From positions 10,726,001-10,790,000 of the forward strand of contig JBHGNT010000013.1 in assembly GCA_043228905.1 (NCBI GenBank): a DNA stretch of 64,000 bases, read 5' to 3'. Positions within the stretch are counted from its first letter, which is position 1, and each line of letters opens with the position of its first letter. The notes beneath the pieces were generated by a model. It was not told the DNA's origin. It saw only the letters and a program-made list of their open reading frames with translations, and made no database searches. Shown here in pieces: positions 26,111 to 39,924 of this stretch. The position numbers were made by a program, and so were the translations under genes. Origin of the DNA: Azolla caroliniana. Its lineage: Eukaryota > Plantae > Polypodiophyta.

Positions 26111-29100
26111 ACGGTCTTGTACTTTGTTTGCACCTTGACTGTCCTCGCTTCCTCAATCAACCACCCAAGCTCTTCAATGGCGGTGTACATGTCAACTGAG
26201 TTGATTGGAATTACCTTGTCTTCATTGAGGCCCGAAACGACTACCCTCTCCATCTCTCTGAGAGTGTCGTTGAACGAGACCGCCTCCATGGCGCCACTTA
26301 TGGTGTCATCTTCCCCCAATAAATTACATTGTTTGAGATACCTTTCGTATCTCTTGACCCTAGACTTATCTCTATCACTTAAACTAGTAATTTTACAAGC
26401 TCCATTTTCGGAGAACCAAAATTGTTTCCTATTACATTTAATAGTTTTACAAGGGTTTAGGGTCTTAGTTTGCCTCGGGCTATTGCGGCCCCACTCTTTA
26501 ATAGCCCGAATAAAAAATCCTCTCGGCTCTCCCCTTTGAGGGAGGCTCGATTGCGCTCATGGTTGGGCCTCACCGTAAGGAATTGGACCGAATGCTTCCC
26601 ATCTTGGCTTTTGACCCTCGCATATGCCGACCCGTTGTCTAGCACCTTCATCTCCATGTGAGCCACCGTGATGTATGGTTCACCCAAGATGACCGGGTGC
26701 GAGGACGTCTCTTGAACAAAGAAATGCTGATCTATTTCTATGTCCCCCACCTTCACACGTACATTTGGGCAAGCCCCTTATAGCTCCTCAGTTGCTCAGG
26801 TCTCCGCTCTAATCTTCCACCCGTGCTTCGTGTTGATCGGCCACTTTCCCTTTTTATAAAAGTCCATGGACATAAGGTTGATCTCAGAGCCATGGTCAAT
26901 CAATGCTACAACCAGCTCTTTTACATCTCCGACCCGTACCGGTGTCTTCATTGTCGCTCTCGCCCAATGTGGCCTCGTGTGGTGACTGTCCGCATAGTCT
27001 TCGTCTTCGTAGGAACCTCAATTGACAATGCATTTACAATCGCGGGCTTTGCCACTTCTTGCTCCGTCGAGAGCCGCTTCCTCTTCATTAGGTCGATGAT
27101 GACCTCGTGGAATTCTTTCTTGGCAATTCCGAGGACCTCTCGCAGAGTAAACTCTATGCGACTATTGAGGATCCTCTCCTCCACTACCTTCTTCAAGTCC
27201 GTTGCTTGTTCGATCTCCGAGCAAAGCTTGAAGTTGGGGGGGTTCCCCTTCTCTTTCCATCTTTCGTCGCGTGCTTGAGACTGGTTCAACTCTTCCCTTC
27301 TTCGTGCACCTCGAGCATCGTATTTCCTTGATGGACTGGCTCCCTCGTCATTTCCTACCTTCTTCTCTTCTACCATTACTTCGTAGTTTTGGCAAGCGGC
27401 TTCCACTAAGCCTGTCTTTTCTTCCACCGGATCCTTCCACCTGGTTGCTTCTTGGACCCTTCTTTCCGCTTCGTCCGCTTCTTCTCTTTTGAACTTCCCC
27501 TTAGAGAGGCTTCCAAGGATTGACGGCCAAAAGTCAAACTCTTTCTCCTCTTGCCTCCTCACCTCTTTCCCCACTCGGATCCCAGCTGGCGCCGAGTAGT
27601 GGACGGCTTCAACATGTCGTGCTTTGGCCTCCTCCATTAGCCTTCTCATGTCCCCTTGGCCTTGATTCAATCCCAAGGGGCGCCTTGTCTCTGTCAAATA
27701 GACCCTATTGTTCCAAAGATAGACACTATCCTTTCTTAGGGCCTCTTGAAAGTCTCCACATTCCCTTCGTAGGTGGTCGGGGTTGTTGCACCACATACAT
27801 CTTTGCGCGAACGGGGGACGTCGATCTTGAGGGCTGCCACTTTCTCTCCTAGCTTGCGCTATTTGGAGATCTCGCACCATCTTTGTGAGTGCGTCTATTG
27901 CCGACCCTCCTGACGGTGCTTCAACCATGTTTCTCTCGGGGACGAACCTTGCATTTGCTTGCTCTCTTTCTTGAGGTATTCTACCACCCCTGGGTTCGTG
28001 TGTCTCACTAATGGAGCTTGTGGATGTTTGGCCGCTCAACGGAGACCCGTCGTTCCATTCCCTTCTCTTATCGAAGCGGCTACAAACCCGTTTTACCATA
28101 GCCCAATCCATCGTGAGCCCATCATTAGTTTCGACTAGGGACCCCACCTTCTCTCGGTCTTGTGCATCAACAGTCTTTATGAATAGTAGGACCTTGCTTG
28201 TGTCAAGCACCATCCTATTGAGAGCCGAGAGTTGCGCCAAATTCTTGTAAAAGTCCATAGTATTTCTCCCCTTTCCAGGAAGCTCAACCCACTCTATTGG
28301 ATCCCTTTTCGAAATTCTGAGTGAGTCATCAAGGCCGTACTTCTCGAGGAGTCTTTCTTCAAACTCCACCCAATTGCAACAATCCGCTTGGATCTTGAGT
28401 ACCTCTGCATGGATACTTGGCATTACCACTCTAGCGAATCTGGTTAGCCGCCTATCTTCGGGGACGTTTCGCATAAGCATTTCGGCCTTATAGGCATCCA
28501 AGTAGCTCGTGATATCTCTTCTATTGAACCAACCAGTTGTGCTGACCACCGTCTCTATGGCCGGGTCTAGGCCGGTGATGCCTTCTCGGGCATTTACCAA
28601 GCGGTTCACCGCCGCCGCCATCGCTTAAGTGAGTTCTCCTCTTCGCATCTTGGTTCTCTCTTGCCGCCCTTTCATGTCGGGTTCACCAATTTATGTCACG
28701 AAGTTTCACGCACGTGTGTTACTTGGGCGGGACCATGTGGGTCTTGGACTAGGGAGTACTCAAGGGATAGAGAAGACTCGAGGTTTGCGTTATGACAATA
28801 CTACTTCCTGACCCCTTCCCGAGCAAGGTCTCGTTGCCCTTTGTTTTGTGAGGCCGGTTACTCTCGTTGATCACGACACGTCGACCTTTCGAGATCACCG
28901 CATGAGCCAAGTGACCAAACGGGTACAAGCAAGATGAGCACGCAAGATGAACGCACAAGGGGACGATAACACAAACACGAATGTCCATACATCTTTATGA
29001 GGAGGAGAGGTGCATGGGCATGCCCGAAACGCTCCCTCGTCAAAAGATGGCCGAACGTGCAAGAAAGATACAAACACACGCACAAAATGCTCGTACGCCT

Positions 29101-30438
29101 TTCTGAGGAGGAGAGGTGCATGGGCAAGCCCGAACGGTTCCTCATCACAAGACGGCCGAACGTACAAGAAAGACACAAACACATGCACAAATGCTCGTAC
29201 GTCTTTATGAGGAGGAGAGGTGCCTGGGCACGCCCGAAACGCTCCCTCGTCACAAGACGACCGAACATACAAGGAAGACACGAATAAAGAAAGAAGGAGA
29301 GAAAGAAACACGAATGATATCGACCAAAGAGATAAATACTTGTTCGATTCCAACACAAAAGGACCATTTATAAAATAGGGTTTTGTTTACAATGGCAACT
29401 TATAGTTAACCACAAGCTCAATCAAGACAAAAATACTAAATGCCCTTAGAGACAAAAGCAAATCTGAACACAGCGAAGATGAACACACGAGCACCACCAA
29501 AATGCCAATCCCAACGAACCACAACCACCCGAACGGCGAGCACACGGGCTCGCAACGACGAACGAGGCGGAGCAACGTCGAAGCAAAGAAGTTTGGGCTC
29601 ACGAGCACTTCGAGTGCCGACGCGAAGAAGACGAGCACGTGGCGATGGGGGGATGAAGGGGTATGAGATGAAGAGAAGTGGTGAATAAGAAGATGAAGAG
29701 CTCCGAAGGAAAATTGGCGATAGTCTCCTCCTCGCAAAACGTCCTCCCGAATGAGCCCCCCTCGACCTCCTTTTATAGGAAAAAAAGAAAGGGGGGTCGC
29801 CAATTTTGTCGCCACATCACGACACCGTTTTGTGCTAAGTGTAATTTATCCTACGCGTGTATTGTGACTAATGATATTGCCGCTAGTAACTCCTCAGGGT
29901 TCTATTAATAGTTAGTCTAACTCTATGTCACCGCAACATGATCTCGAAGGGACACCCTGTGTTAGGCCATTGTCCGACCCTAGCGATAACACAGTTTTTG
30001 GCAACCACGATGGGATACCAAAGTTCGTAAGTCGACAGAATGAGAATGTTCGTGTCGCGGAAGATTCGCTCACCGAAAGAGATGTTCGAGTCAAGCGCTC
30101 CGATCGAGGGAGTCGATCGTTGAGAGGACCGATGGAAGTTCCGGTCGAAGAAAGATTATGATCAAGGCATGTGGGATAGACGTGCAAGGCACTCTCCCAC
30201 GGGCGTGCCATATTGTCTTACTGTACGAGATGTACGGCTGATTGATAAGTGAGGGTGAAAGATGTAATGTATGTGTAATCTTATACGATTATGAGTGTGA
30301 ATGTAAGTGTGAGTGAGTGTGGTGGATACAAAGAGGTGTGAGTGAGTGACTAGGTGTGAATGCCCAAGGGGCTTCCACCCTTGTGTATCTACCCTTTTGT
30401 AACTATTTAACCCCTTATGGGGAATGAATACAATAATC

Positions 30439-30484
<46 letters not shown>

Positions 30485-33400
30485 GTCATCTCTCTTCCTC
30501 TTCCCTCCCCTTAACATTGAACCCCCTTGGGAGGGGGGTGGAGCTATTCTAGGCACCACCCCGCACCCTGCAATGCTTCTCAATGATTCTCAACCTCTTC
30601 ATGATCTCTCTCACCATCATACTCTCCATCGTCATCACACCCACCATGTCTATCTTTATCATCACTCGTCATGATTATCATAAATGTTAACCCTAACCCT
30701 AAAAATGTACAACACCGTTTGGTCCGGCCCAATCTGCATCTCGAGTCGCTTGCCGGTCACCGGTCGGTCGCTGGTTCCGGTGCCGCCGACTCACAGGCTC
30801 CGTCGCCAGTTCCCACCCGTTTTGGTTGGCCAAAACCTTTACAAGTAACTAGGCCACACCTACTCATCCAATTAGCTTAGTTCAAGTCACCTTGAACTCT
30901 CTATGATCCACACATAAACACAAATATAATAGTTTTTGCTCTGCCTTATATATGGTGAGATCCTTATTTGTCCTGTCTATGTGAGATATCTCACAGTTTT
31001 ATCTTTCTCTTTTCCTTTGCAAACTTCCTACCCACATAACTTGAGACTTAGATGTCCTTTTCTTATGTCGTAAAGTGCATTCGAAAGCTCCATCTTTTTG
31101 TACTAAGATATTAAACTTATTTAAAATTTTCACTATTATTGTTTTATATGATTCATACTCGATTTCGTATGTTTTATGCAATTTTCACACCATTGCCGAA
31201 AATCTTCACGACAACGCCGAACGTACAAGGAAAGGGATGAGAATACAAACACGAACGCCTATACGTCTTTATGAGGAGGAGAGGTGCATGAGCACACCCG
31301 AACACTCCCTTGTCACAAGATGCCGAACGTACAAGGAAGGGATGAGAATACAAACACGAACGCTCGTACGTCTTTATGAGGAGGAGAGGTGCAGGGGCAC
31401 GCCCGAACGCTCCCTCGTCACAAGATGGCCGACACCGAACATACAAGGAAAGGGACAAAACACAATCATGAATGCTCGTACGCCTTTATGAGGAGGAGAG
31501 GTGCATGGGCAAGCCCGAACGCTCCCTCGTCACAAGATGACCGAACGTACAAGGAAGACACAAAACACACGCACAAATGCTCGTACACCTTTATTAGGAG
31601 GAGAGGTGCATGGGCACGCTCGAAACAATCCCTCATCACAAGACGACCGAACGTACAAGGAAGACACAAACACACGCACAAACATAAATACTAAATGCCC
31701 TTAGAGACAAGAGCAAATCCGAACACCGAGCACGAACACAAAGAAGACGAGCACTCAAGCACCACAAAAATGTCGACCCCAACAAACCGTGACCACCCGA
31801 ACGGTGCGCACACGGGCTCGCAACGACGAACGGGGGCGAAGCAACGCCGAACCAACGAGGCTCGGGCTCACAAGCACCGTAAACGACCTGAGCACTTCGA
31901 GTGCCAGCACGAAGAAGATGAGCACGTGGTGATGAGGGGATGAAGGGGTATGAGATGAAAACATGGTGAAGATGAAGATGAAGAGCTCCAAAAGAAAAAT
32001 GGTGATAATCTCCTCATCCCAAAACGTCCTCCCCAATGAGCCCCACTCGACCTCCTTTTATAGGAAAAAAAGGAAGGGGGGTTGCCACATTCGCCTTCAA
32101 TTCAAAAGGAATAAAATTCCTTAAATCATGCTACATTGTAAGACCGGATTCAAACCGTGCACCTTTAGCTAGGAGTCAATATGTCTATTCACTAGCCCAT
32201 TAACTCTCTATTATGTAACATATAATTCTATATCTAGAAATTCATAGCCTGTCTCCTCTCTACTTTTCATCTCTTCTCTCTCTTACTTTTTACATGACTT
32301 TCTATACCTCCTTTCAACCCTTGCTTTTCCCTTATGTGCACAATTAATTGCCTTTGTGTGCATACACATTGCACATGCATATTTTTACCCCCCCTTTCGC
32401 CGGTTTTTCCCACACTCGAGCACGCCACATCACGATATCGTCTGGGTGGGCTTGCTTCTCCATACTTGCTTTTCCGCTTCCATCCGGTCAACCATACCAG
32501 GAACGTGCTTTCCTAGCCATTCTAACCATGTCGGTAGGTCCCGTGTTGTGTTAGTACAACGAGCTGCTATTCTGCTTTCGGCATTACTCCATGTTCCACC
32601 CCCAAGCTTTGTATTACCGGTTCTTCCATCACCGGTTTCGGTTTCAGCCTTTCAACCTCATTTTGCTATTGTTGTGTCTAACCCAGTTGCTTCACTCCTA
32701 TGTTAACCAACTCTGGTTCTTGTTGAGCCATCATAACCGTTTCTGGTCTCTCCCTTGCATGTTCTTTCGGCCTTGGCTCCACCACCTTTGAGTGGGTGAT
32801 TGGTGTACTATCCTTTGTCGGACCCGATCTATCCCCATGTTGCTCATTGTGACGTGTTCTAGGAGGCATCTGGAGGGGTTCTCCTTCATCTTCTGCGGTC
32901 TCCTGGTGTGCGGTCTCTACCCATTCTGGTTGCTCCTGGTCTCTGTCCTGCCTCCGCATCTTGATCCTAATGGGTTTTGCCGGCTTGGTTGGTTCTTCTC
33001 TTCTGGTCTCCGAAACTATGTCTGCTTTCCGGGATGCTTTTGTTGCCCATCTGAGGGTATGCTTCGCAAGTAGTTGTTGCCATTTTGATGGTTTGTTGAG
33101 GCGTTGTCTCTACCTGTGCCCTCTTCTTTGGCTTGATGATGCGTGTTGGTGGCATGAGAACCGTCAGCCATTGCGCGACTCTGGTCCACACCTTCTTTCC
33201 GTCTGCCACCGCTGAGATCGCCGTTCAGAGTGAGTCTCCTACAATCAACGGCCAATCCACCGGTAAGCCGACAATCAACACCACCACTGGACCAATAATC
33301 GGAGAAGAAGGATGATCGCGTATCGACGCCACCACCGGAATGGCCGATAGATGACGACAACATGCCATACACGTACCCCAAGTACAGAGACGAATCGGAT

Positions 33401-34820
33401 GCATAGCCACACATATACGCCTTTTTGCAAACATGGGAAGCCAACCATGTTTCACAAAGACTGACATATGCAAAAGTAGAGCAGTCAAAAATTGCAGAAT
33501 TGGCATGACCCTAGAGGGACCATCGGTGAGATGGCAAGCAAAGCATCTTCCGGGTAGCTTCACCACGTTTGAAGCCCTACATGATAAAAATCTACGACTA
33601 TTTCACCGACAGCTCGTCAGACAATTTTATACGGTATATCAGGAACCCAATGAGACAGTCCCACAATTCATCATCCTATTCCAAACATTGCGTAGTCAGC
33701 TTACAAGGGCACCTCTGGAGGATGAGGCAAAAACAGTCTTTTTGGCCGCGCTCTGGGAGCCGCTCCGGACAATGCTCTCAATGCTGGACTTCAGGACTAG
33801 CACCATGGATGAAGTCATCGACTGTGTTACGGGCATGACCATATAATATCCCGTGGTGAGAATTGTCGTAGTATTCTATACACGTGGATAAGTGTGAGGG
33901 TTAAACAAAGAGTCTAAAGAAGGGGAGGATTACTTTTAATCCTCGGGATTGAGACAACCCATGAGGCCAAGTGTGAACATGGCTGGGGGCCTTGAGAATT
34001 ACTATAAATAAGAGGCCTAGCTACCCTCATTGGGGCATGCATTGACTACGTCGAGACTCTGTCCGTGAGTGGAACGACTCTTGTAGCAAGCGCGCTATCG
34101 TCCAGGTACGACTCGACGCCAAGGCGGTGGTATGGGACACCGATCGAGGCTCGAGTCCGTCTCGATCCCTTCGCTCAGGGGTGGTCGGGTGGATCGGCAC
34201 CCTTCTTTCTCTCTTTTCTCTCTATTCTTTCTAGATCTATCATTGATATATCCTTATTTTATGCTTACTTTAGTACCTAATCTCTAATATTTGGTATCAG
34301 AGCCTATGTACTAACGTTTCTTTTGGTTTTCTTTTTGTCTTCGCGTGGGATGGCGATTGATCGTTGTGCGGTCGCCTTCATGCAGACAAGGATTAGCGAA
34401 AGAACTTCGGTAAATTTTCCTTAATTTTTTATCTAATTTTTCTTCTCCCTTCTATACATGTGTATACTTAATATGTAGTTTTTTTTTCATATATTCAATG
34501 ATGTTGACGTGGTATTTAATTGGTTATCTTAAACGTTTACATATGTCCACGAGGTCAATACCTCGTTTGCCATATAAATCATATGTGATGAGTGTCGTAT
34601 GCGTACGAGGTTACTACCTCAATTGCGTATTACGTTCACGAACATATGTTACGTTCGCCAGATTTATTGCTACTAAAACCACGGTAACAGCTCCTGAATT
34701 GGCTTACCAATTCGTTGATGAGTTATTTCGTTTTTACGGGTTACCGATGGATATCGTGAGTGACCGAGATCCGAAGTTTACTAGTGACTTCTGGACGCAA
34801 GTCTTTAAGAAGTTAGAAAC

Positions 34821-35131
34821 TGATGAGAATCGACGCTTCTATTCACCTTCTTCCCTCGGCCACAACCGATTAATCGCGGATCAATGGAGCAGAAAATAGG
34901 AACCACACGTAGAAACAAAGAAACAGAAAAGAAAGAAAAACGCGAGTACACAGGGATTAACGTGGAAAACCCTAGACGGGAAAAACCACGGGAGTATAAG
35001 ACTCCAAACCAACACTATGCAGAGAAGTATACAATGGCGAGCTGCAAGGCGACGACCTTGAGCTCGCTGTCCTCGCCACAGGCGGCGGAAATACACAGAG
35101 GCGTCTACCTCTTCCTCGCTCGCGCTCTATT

Positions 35132-35163
<32 letters not shown>

Positions 35164-38100
35164 ACGACTGCTCTCACTTCACTCCTCTTGAGTGGAAAAA
35201 CAGAAAAATGAGTAGTAGTAATAAAACAGTTTGCCCTAAGTCATATTTATACTTATATGACTTTGGGCTATTTACAACTGTAGCCTCAGGGGCCCATAGC
35301 GAACATATTCACGGATATGTCCCTGCATCCGGATCGCTCTCTGGGTACATTCGTCATCCGGTACCGAAACCGGGGTCTTCGTCATCCGGATCCGAAACCG
35401 AAACCGGGCTTGTCGGCATTTAGCTCTGATGTCCGACCATCCCATCCGAAGGGACCGTAATCCCAACAAACTCCCCCTTCACTTCGGCATGGGATGTCTC
35501 TCCAATCCGATCCTCTTCCGGCATGCTTCCAGCCTGTCGGGTGTGAGGACCTTGGTCAGCATATCCGACCCATTCTCGTCCGTGTGGATCTTTGTCAGCA
35601 CGAACTCCTTGTCTTCTATCCTTTCCCGGATCCAGTGATATCTTCGCTGGATGTGCTTCGTCCGGGAGTGATAGGCCGCGTTCTTCGCAAGGTGGATTGC
35701 ACTCTGACTGTCGCAGTAGAGTCGGTACTCCTCCTGCCGGGTACCGAGCTCTCCAATGAAGTCCTTCATCCATATTATTTCCTTGCCGGCTTCAACAGCT
35801 GCCATGTACTCCGCCTCCGTGGTTGACAACGCAACCGTCTTCTGCAGCCTCGACTGCCACGAAACAGCTCCCCCTGCATACGTCATCACATACCCTGATG
35901 TGGACCGGCTGGTATCTGCATCAGCCGACATATCCGAATCGGTGAAGCCGTCGAGTTCGGGCTTACCGGAGCCGAATCGGAGGCACACATTCGCTGTGCC
36001 CTTCAGGTATCGGAGTATCCACTTGGCCGCGTTCCAATGCTCTTTGCCGGGATTGCTCATGTACCGGCTCACCACTCCGACCGCATATCCGATGTCCGGT
36101 CTCGTACACACCATGGCGTACATCAAGCTCCCGACGGCTGAGGCATACGGCACTTTCATCATATCCTCCTTTTCAGCCTTTGTCTTGGGACTTTGCTTGC
36201 TGGACAGCTTGCAGTTTGCCGGGAGGGTCGATCCGACCGGTCTTGCTTCCGACATGTTGAACCGGTGAAGCACCTTCGTCACGTACTTCTCCTGTGACAG
36301 CCACAACTGCTTCTTCTTCCGGTCCCGGATGATGTGCATCCCTAGTATTTGCCTCGCCGGACCCAGGTCCTTCATTGAGAAGGTTCGGTGAAGAGCCTTC
36401 TTCAGCATCCGTATCTTGACCTGGTCCCGTCCGACGATCAACATGTCGTCCACGTACAGGAGGAGTATTAGAAAGTCTCCTCCTTCGAACTTCTTCACAA
36501 ACACGCAGTGGTCGGACTGCGTTTTGAGGTACCCTTCGTCGGTCATGAAGGAGTCGAACTTCTGGTACCATTGCCGGGGAGCCTGCTTCAGTCCGTAAAG
36601 GCTCTTCTTCAACCGGCATACCAGGTGCTCCTTCCCTTCCTTCTCGAATCCTTCCGGTTGCTGCATGTAGATCTCTTCTTCGAGGTCACCGTGAAGGAAT
36701 GCCGTCTTCACGTCCATCTGTTCTACCTCGAGGTCCATGCTTGCCGCTATGCTCAGCACCGTCCGGATGGAGGTCATCTTCACTACCGGGGCAAATATTT
36801 CGTCGAAGTCGACGCCCTTCTTTTGCTGAAACCCCTTCACCACGATCCTGGCTTTGTATCTCGGGGGGTTTCCGGCATCTCCCGGTTTCAGCTTGAACAC
36901 CCACTTGTTTCGAAGTGCCCGCTTTCCTTTCGGCAACTCCACAAGTTCATATGTGTGGTTCTCATGCAGGGAATCCATCTCGTCCTGCATGGCAATCAAC
37001 CACCTACGGCTCTGGGTGTCGTGCTTTGCTTCTTCAAAGCTCTCCGGCTCCCCCTCGTCGGTTAGCAGCACGTGCTCTGGATCCGGAAATCTCCGGGGGG
37101 CCTTTCTCTCTCTTAGAGGATATCTTCGTTCCGGAGCTTCGGTAACCGGTTCTTCCGGTTCTTCTTCATCCGAATCCATTTCGGGATCGGGGCCGGTTCC
37201 GGTATCGTTTTCATCTTCTTCGGCCGGTTCTGTTCCTTCACCGTCTTCGGCCGGATCCTCGAGTGCTAACCGGTCCCTTGCCGGTCGGGACTGCTCCTCG
37301 TAGAGTTGATCCTCACCGGTCGACTTGGAGCTCTTCATCTTCTTCTCCGACTCCCAGTCGGCGAGCGTCTTGTTCTCCATGAAGATGATGTCTCGACTCC
37401 TGAATATCTTCTTGTCGACCGGGTCCCATACTCGGTAGCCGAACTCGTCGTCACCGTAACCGAGGAATATGCATGGCCGGGTCTTTGGATCTAGCTTTCC
37501 TCTCCGGTCCTTTGCCACATGCACGTATGCGAGACACCCGAACACCTTCAGATGCCGGTAGGATACTTCCTTACCGGTCCACGCTCTCTGCGGCGTGTCT
37601 CCGTCCAAAGGTACTGAGGGTGATCTATTTATCACATATGTCGCCGTCGACATTGCCTCAGCCCAAAATCCCTTGGGTAATTTCGCATGCGCCAGCATAC
37701 TCCGGACCCTCTCCATTATGGTCCGGTTCATCCTCTCGGCCAGCCCGTTCAGTTCCGGCGTCTTCGGCACAGTAAACTCGAGTCGGATTCCCTTCGAGCG
37801 GCAGTACTCCTGGAACTGCCCCCGGTATTCCCCTCCGTTATCCGCTCGTATCGCTTTCAGCTTCTTGCCGGATTCTCTTTCCACTCTCGCATGGAGTTCT
37901 TTGAAGACGGACAATACTTGGTCCTTAGTCTTCATCGGTGCCGTCCACAGTCTTCGGCTATGATCATCTATGAAAGTTACGAAGTACTGGGCTCCGCCAT
38001 GTGACTTCGTTTCTACCTGACACACATCAGTGTGCACCAACTCCAATGGTGCGCTACGTCTCGTCGGTGGCCTTGAGTGGAAGGAGGTTCGGTTCTGCTT

Positions 38101-39892
38101 ACCGGCCAGGCAATCGGTGCACTTCTCCAGGTGCACATGCTTCACTGGAATAAGGTTGTCTTCTGCAAGCCTCTTCATCCCCTTCTCACTCATGTGGCAC
38201 AGTCTCTTGTGCCAGAGCTCACCGGCAGTGTCGGCTGCCACATTCAGCTCTTCCGGACATAACCGGGCATTCATCAGGTACAGAGTGTTGTCTTTCCGAG
38301 CCCGAGCCACTATCAGGCTCCCCTTGCTGAACTTCATTTCGCCGTTCCGGATGCTACCTGTGTAGCCTTCATCGTCTAGCCTCCCGGCCGAAATCAGATT
38401 CAATCGAACCTCCGGAACGTGTCGAACATCCTTCAGCAGCATTTTGCATCCGGTCGGGGTTGTCAACCACACGTCTCCGATGCCGGCAATCCGGCACGTA
38501 CCTTCATTTCCCATCCGAACACAGCCATGCTCACCGGCTGTGTAGGATGAGAAGTATCTTCTCTCCGGGGTCAGGTGGAACGATGCTCCGGAATCGACCA
38601 CCCAGGTCGTCTCATCGCCGGCAACGTTTAGCTCACCTTCTTCGGTGATGAGCATGATTTCTTCCTCACTTGCCGCGAGTGCTGTTGTTCCTTTCCGGTC
38701 CTGCCCTCGCCGATCCGAACCTCTCCGGTCCGTGGCTCCCCGGTATGCACCGTTTCTCTCCGGTGACTTCTTCGAATCGGTGTCGTCGGCTCCGTTGTCT
38801 TTTCGGTAATGCCGACAATTCTTTCGGAAGTGCCCCGGCTTCCCACAGTGGAAGCATGTAGGCCTTGCTCTTGACTGCGACCGGGTCCCCGACTTCTCCC
38901 GTCTTTGCGGACTCCGGTTCCATTGTCTTCCCCGATCCGATTCGGTAAGCAGCGCCTTCGTGTCGGAGGCAGGTTCTTTATCTCTCCGACGCGCTTCTTC
39001 GTTCAAAATACTTGTCTTTACCGTTTGTAAGGACAAGTTATCTTCGGTGCACGAGGTGCTGAGAGTCACCACCAAGTTCTCCCAGCTTTCCGGCAATGTA
39101 CACATCAGGATGATGGCTTGCATTGCATCCTCCAACGGGAACTTAATCGCCGCAAGCTGGTTCACGAATCCCATGAACGTGCTTACGTGTTCCACCATAC
39201 TCTCGCCGTCCCGGTACTTGAGATTCACTATCTTCCTCATCAGAGAGGTCCGGTTCAACGCATTCTTCCTCTCATAGAGGCCCGACAGCTTCTTCCACAT
39301 CTCGTATGCGTTTGTGTCGTTCGCCACATGTTGTAGGACGCTTACATCGACATATTGTCGGATCGTCGCTACGGCTTTCCGGTTCAGGAGCTTCCACTCC
39401 GACTCAAGTACCCCTTTCGGTATTTCCGACCTGTCAATCGGTTCGTACAGGTCCCGAACAATCAGAAGATCCTCCATCTTGATCTTCCAGTCGGCGTAAT
39501 TCTGTGCATTCAGCACCATCATCATCGGCTGCCCGCTGCCGCCGCCTTCCATTTTCTGCAACAGTCGCTCTGATACCAGTTTGATGAGAATCGACGCTTC
39601 TATTCACCTTCTTCCCTCGGCCACAACCGATTAATCGCGGATCAATGGAGCAGAAAATAGGAACCACACGTAGAAACAAAGAAACAGAAAAGAAAGAAAA
39701 ACGCGAGTACACAGGGATTAACGTGGAAAACCCTAGACGGGAAAAACCACGGGAGTATAAGACTCCAAACCAACACTATGCAGAGAAGTATACAATGGCG
39801 AGCTGCAAGGCGACGACCTTGAGCTCGCTGTCCTCGCCACAGGCGGCGGAAATACACAGAGGCGTCTACCTCTTCCTCGCTCGCGCTCTATT

Positions 39893-39924
<32 letters not shown>

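Larger units (their letters stand above)
21875..29824 (-). mobile_element. Element C: degenerate Gypsy related to I (5' LTR 28694-29824; 3' LTR 21875-~23369, truncated by a deletion that also removed most of the integrase and the PPT)
   Basis: Gag 26948-28621 has CMWCNNPDHLRREC. Protease IDHGSEIN. RT LPQGGTNSVAH...FLDE. RNaseH fragments. PBS at 28688-28671. TSD CCAT/CCGT. Many stops and frameshifts. Confidence 0.9.
20939..31213 (-). mobile_element. Element D: solo-LTR-like insertion with further nested insertions, including C
   Basis: Ends tattgtgaagat (a deaminated tgtcgtgaagat) and atcttcacgaca form an inverted pair. Perfect 4-bp TSD ACGC (20935-20938, 31214-31217). Removing D restores a repeat unit of E. 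Confidence 0.75.
20599..32437 (-). mobile_element. Element E: solo LTR of the C family (20599-20938 + 31218-32437), interrupted by D
   Basis: Start tgtcgcaaagtttcacg and end gccacatcacgata match the C LTR ends. It has the same ~105-bp repeats. TSD CCAT/TCGT, each one transition from CCGT. Confidence 0.8.
19453..33215 (-). pseudogene. Degenerate minus-strand ORF relic (19453-20598 + 32442-33215), low-complexity plus coiled coil, split by solo LTR E
   Basis: ORF fragments 19578-20045 (KEVRAELKEKMETLAAQEKLLEER), 20342-20530, 32678-32959 and 32967-33209 are all on the minus strand. Confidence 0.45.

Noticed and set aside
21540-30714. A further LTR-like insertion inside D (flanks CCAT/CCGT or ACACCA/ACACCG)
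   Set aside because: The termini and TSD length are ambiguous, so it was not annotated or counted as CpG-target evidence.
35494-39573. Many antisense ORFs over G (likewise over I and N)
   Set aside because: They are shadow frames of GC-rich coding sequence with no recognisable motifs.
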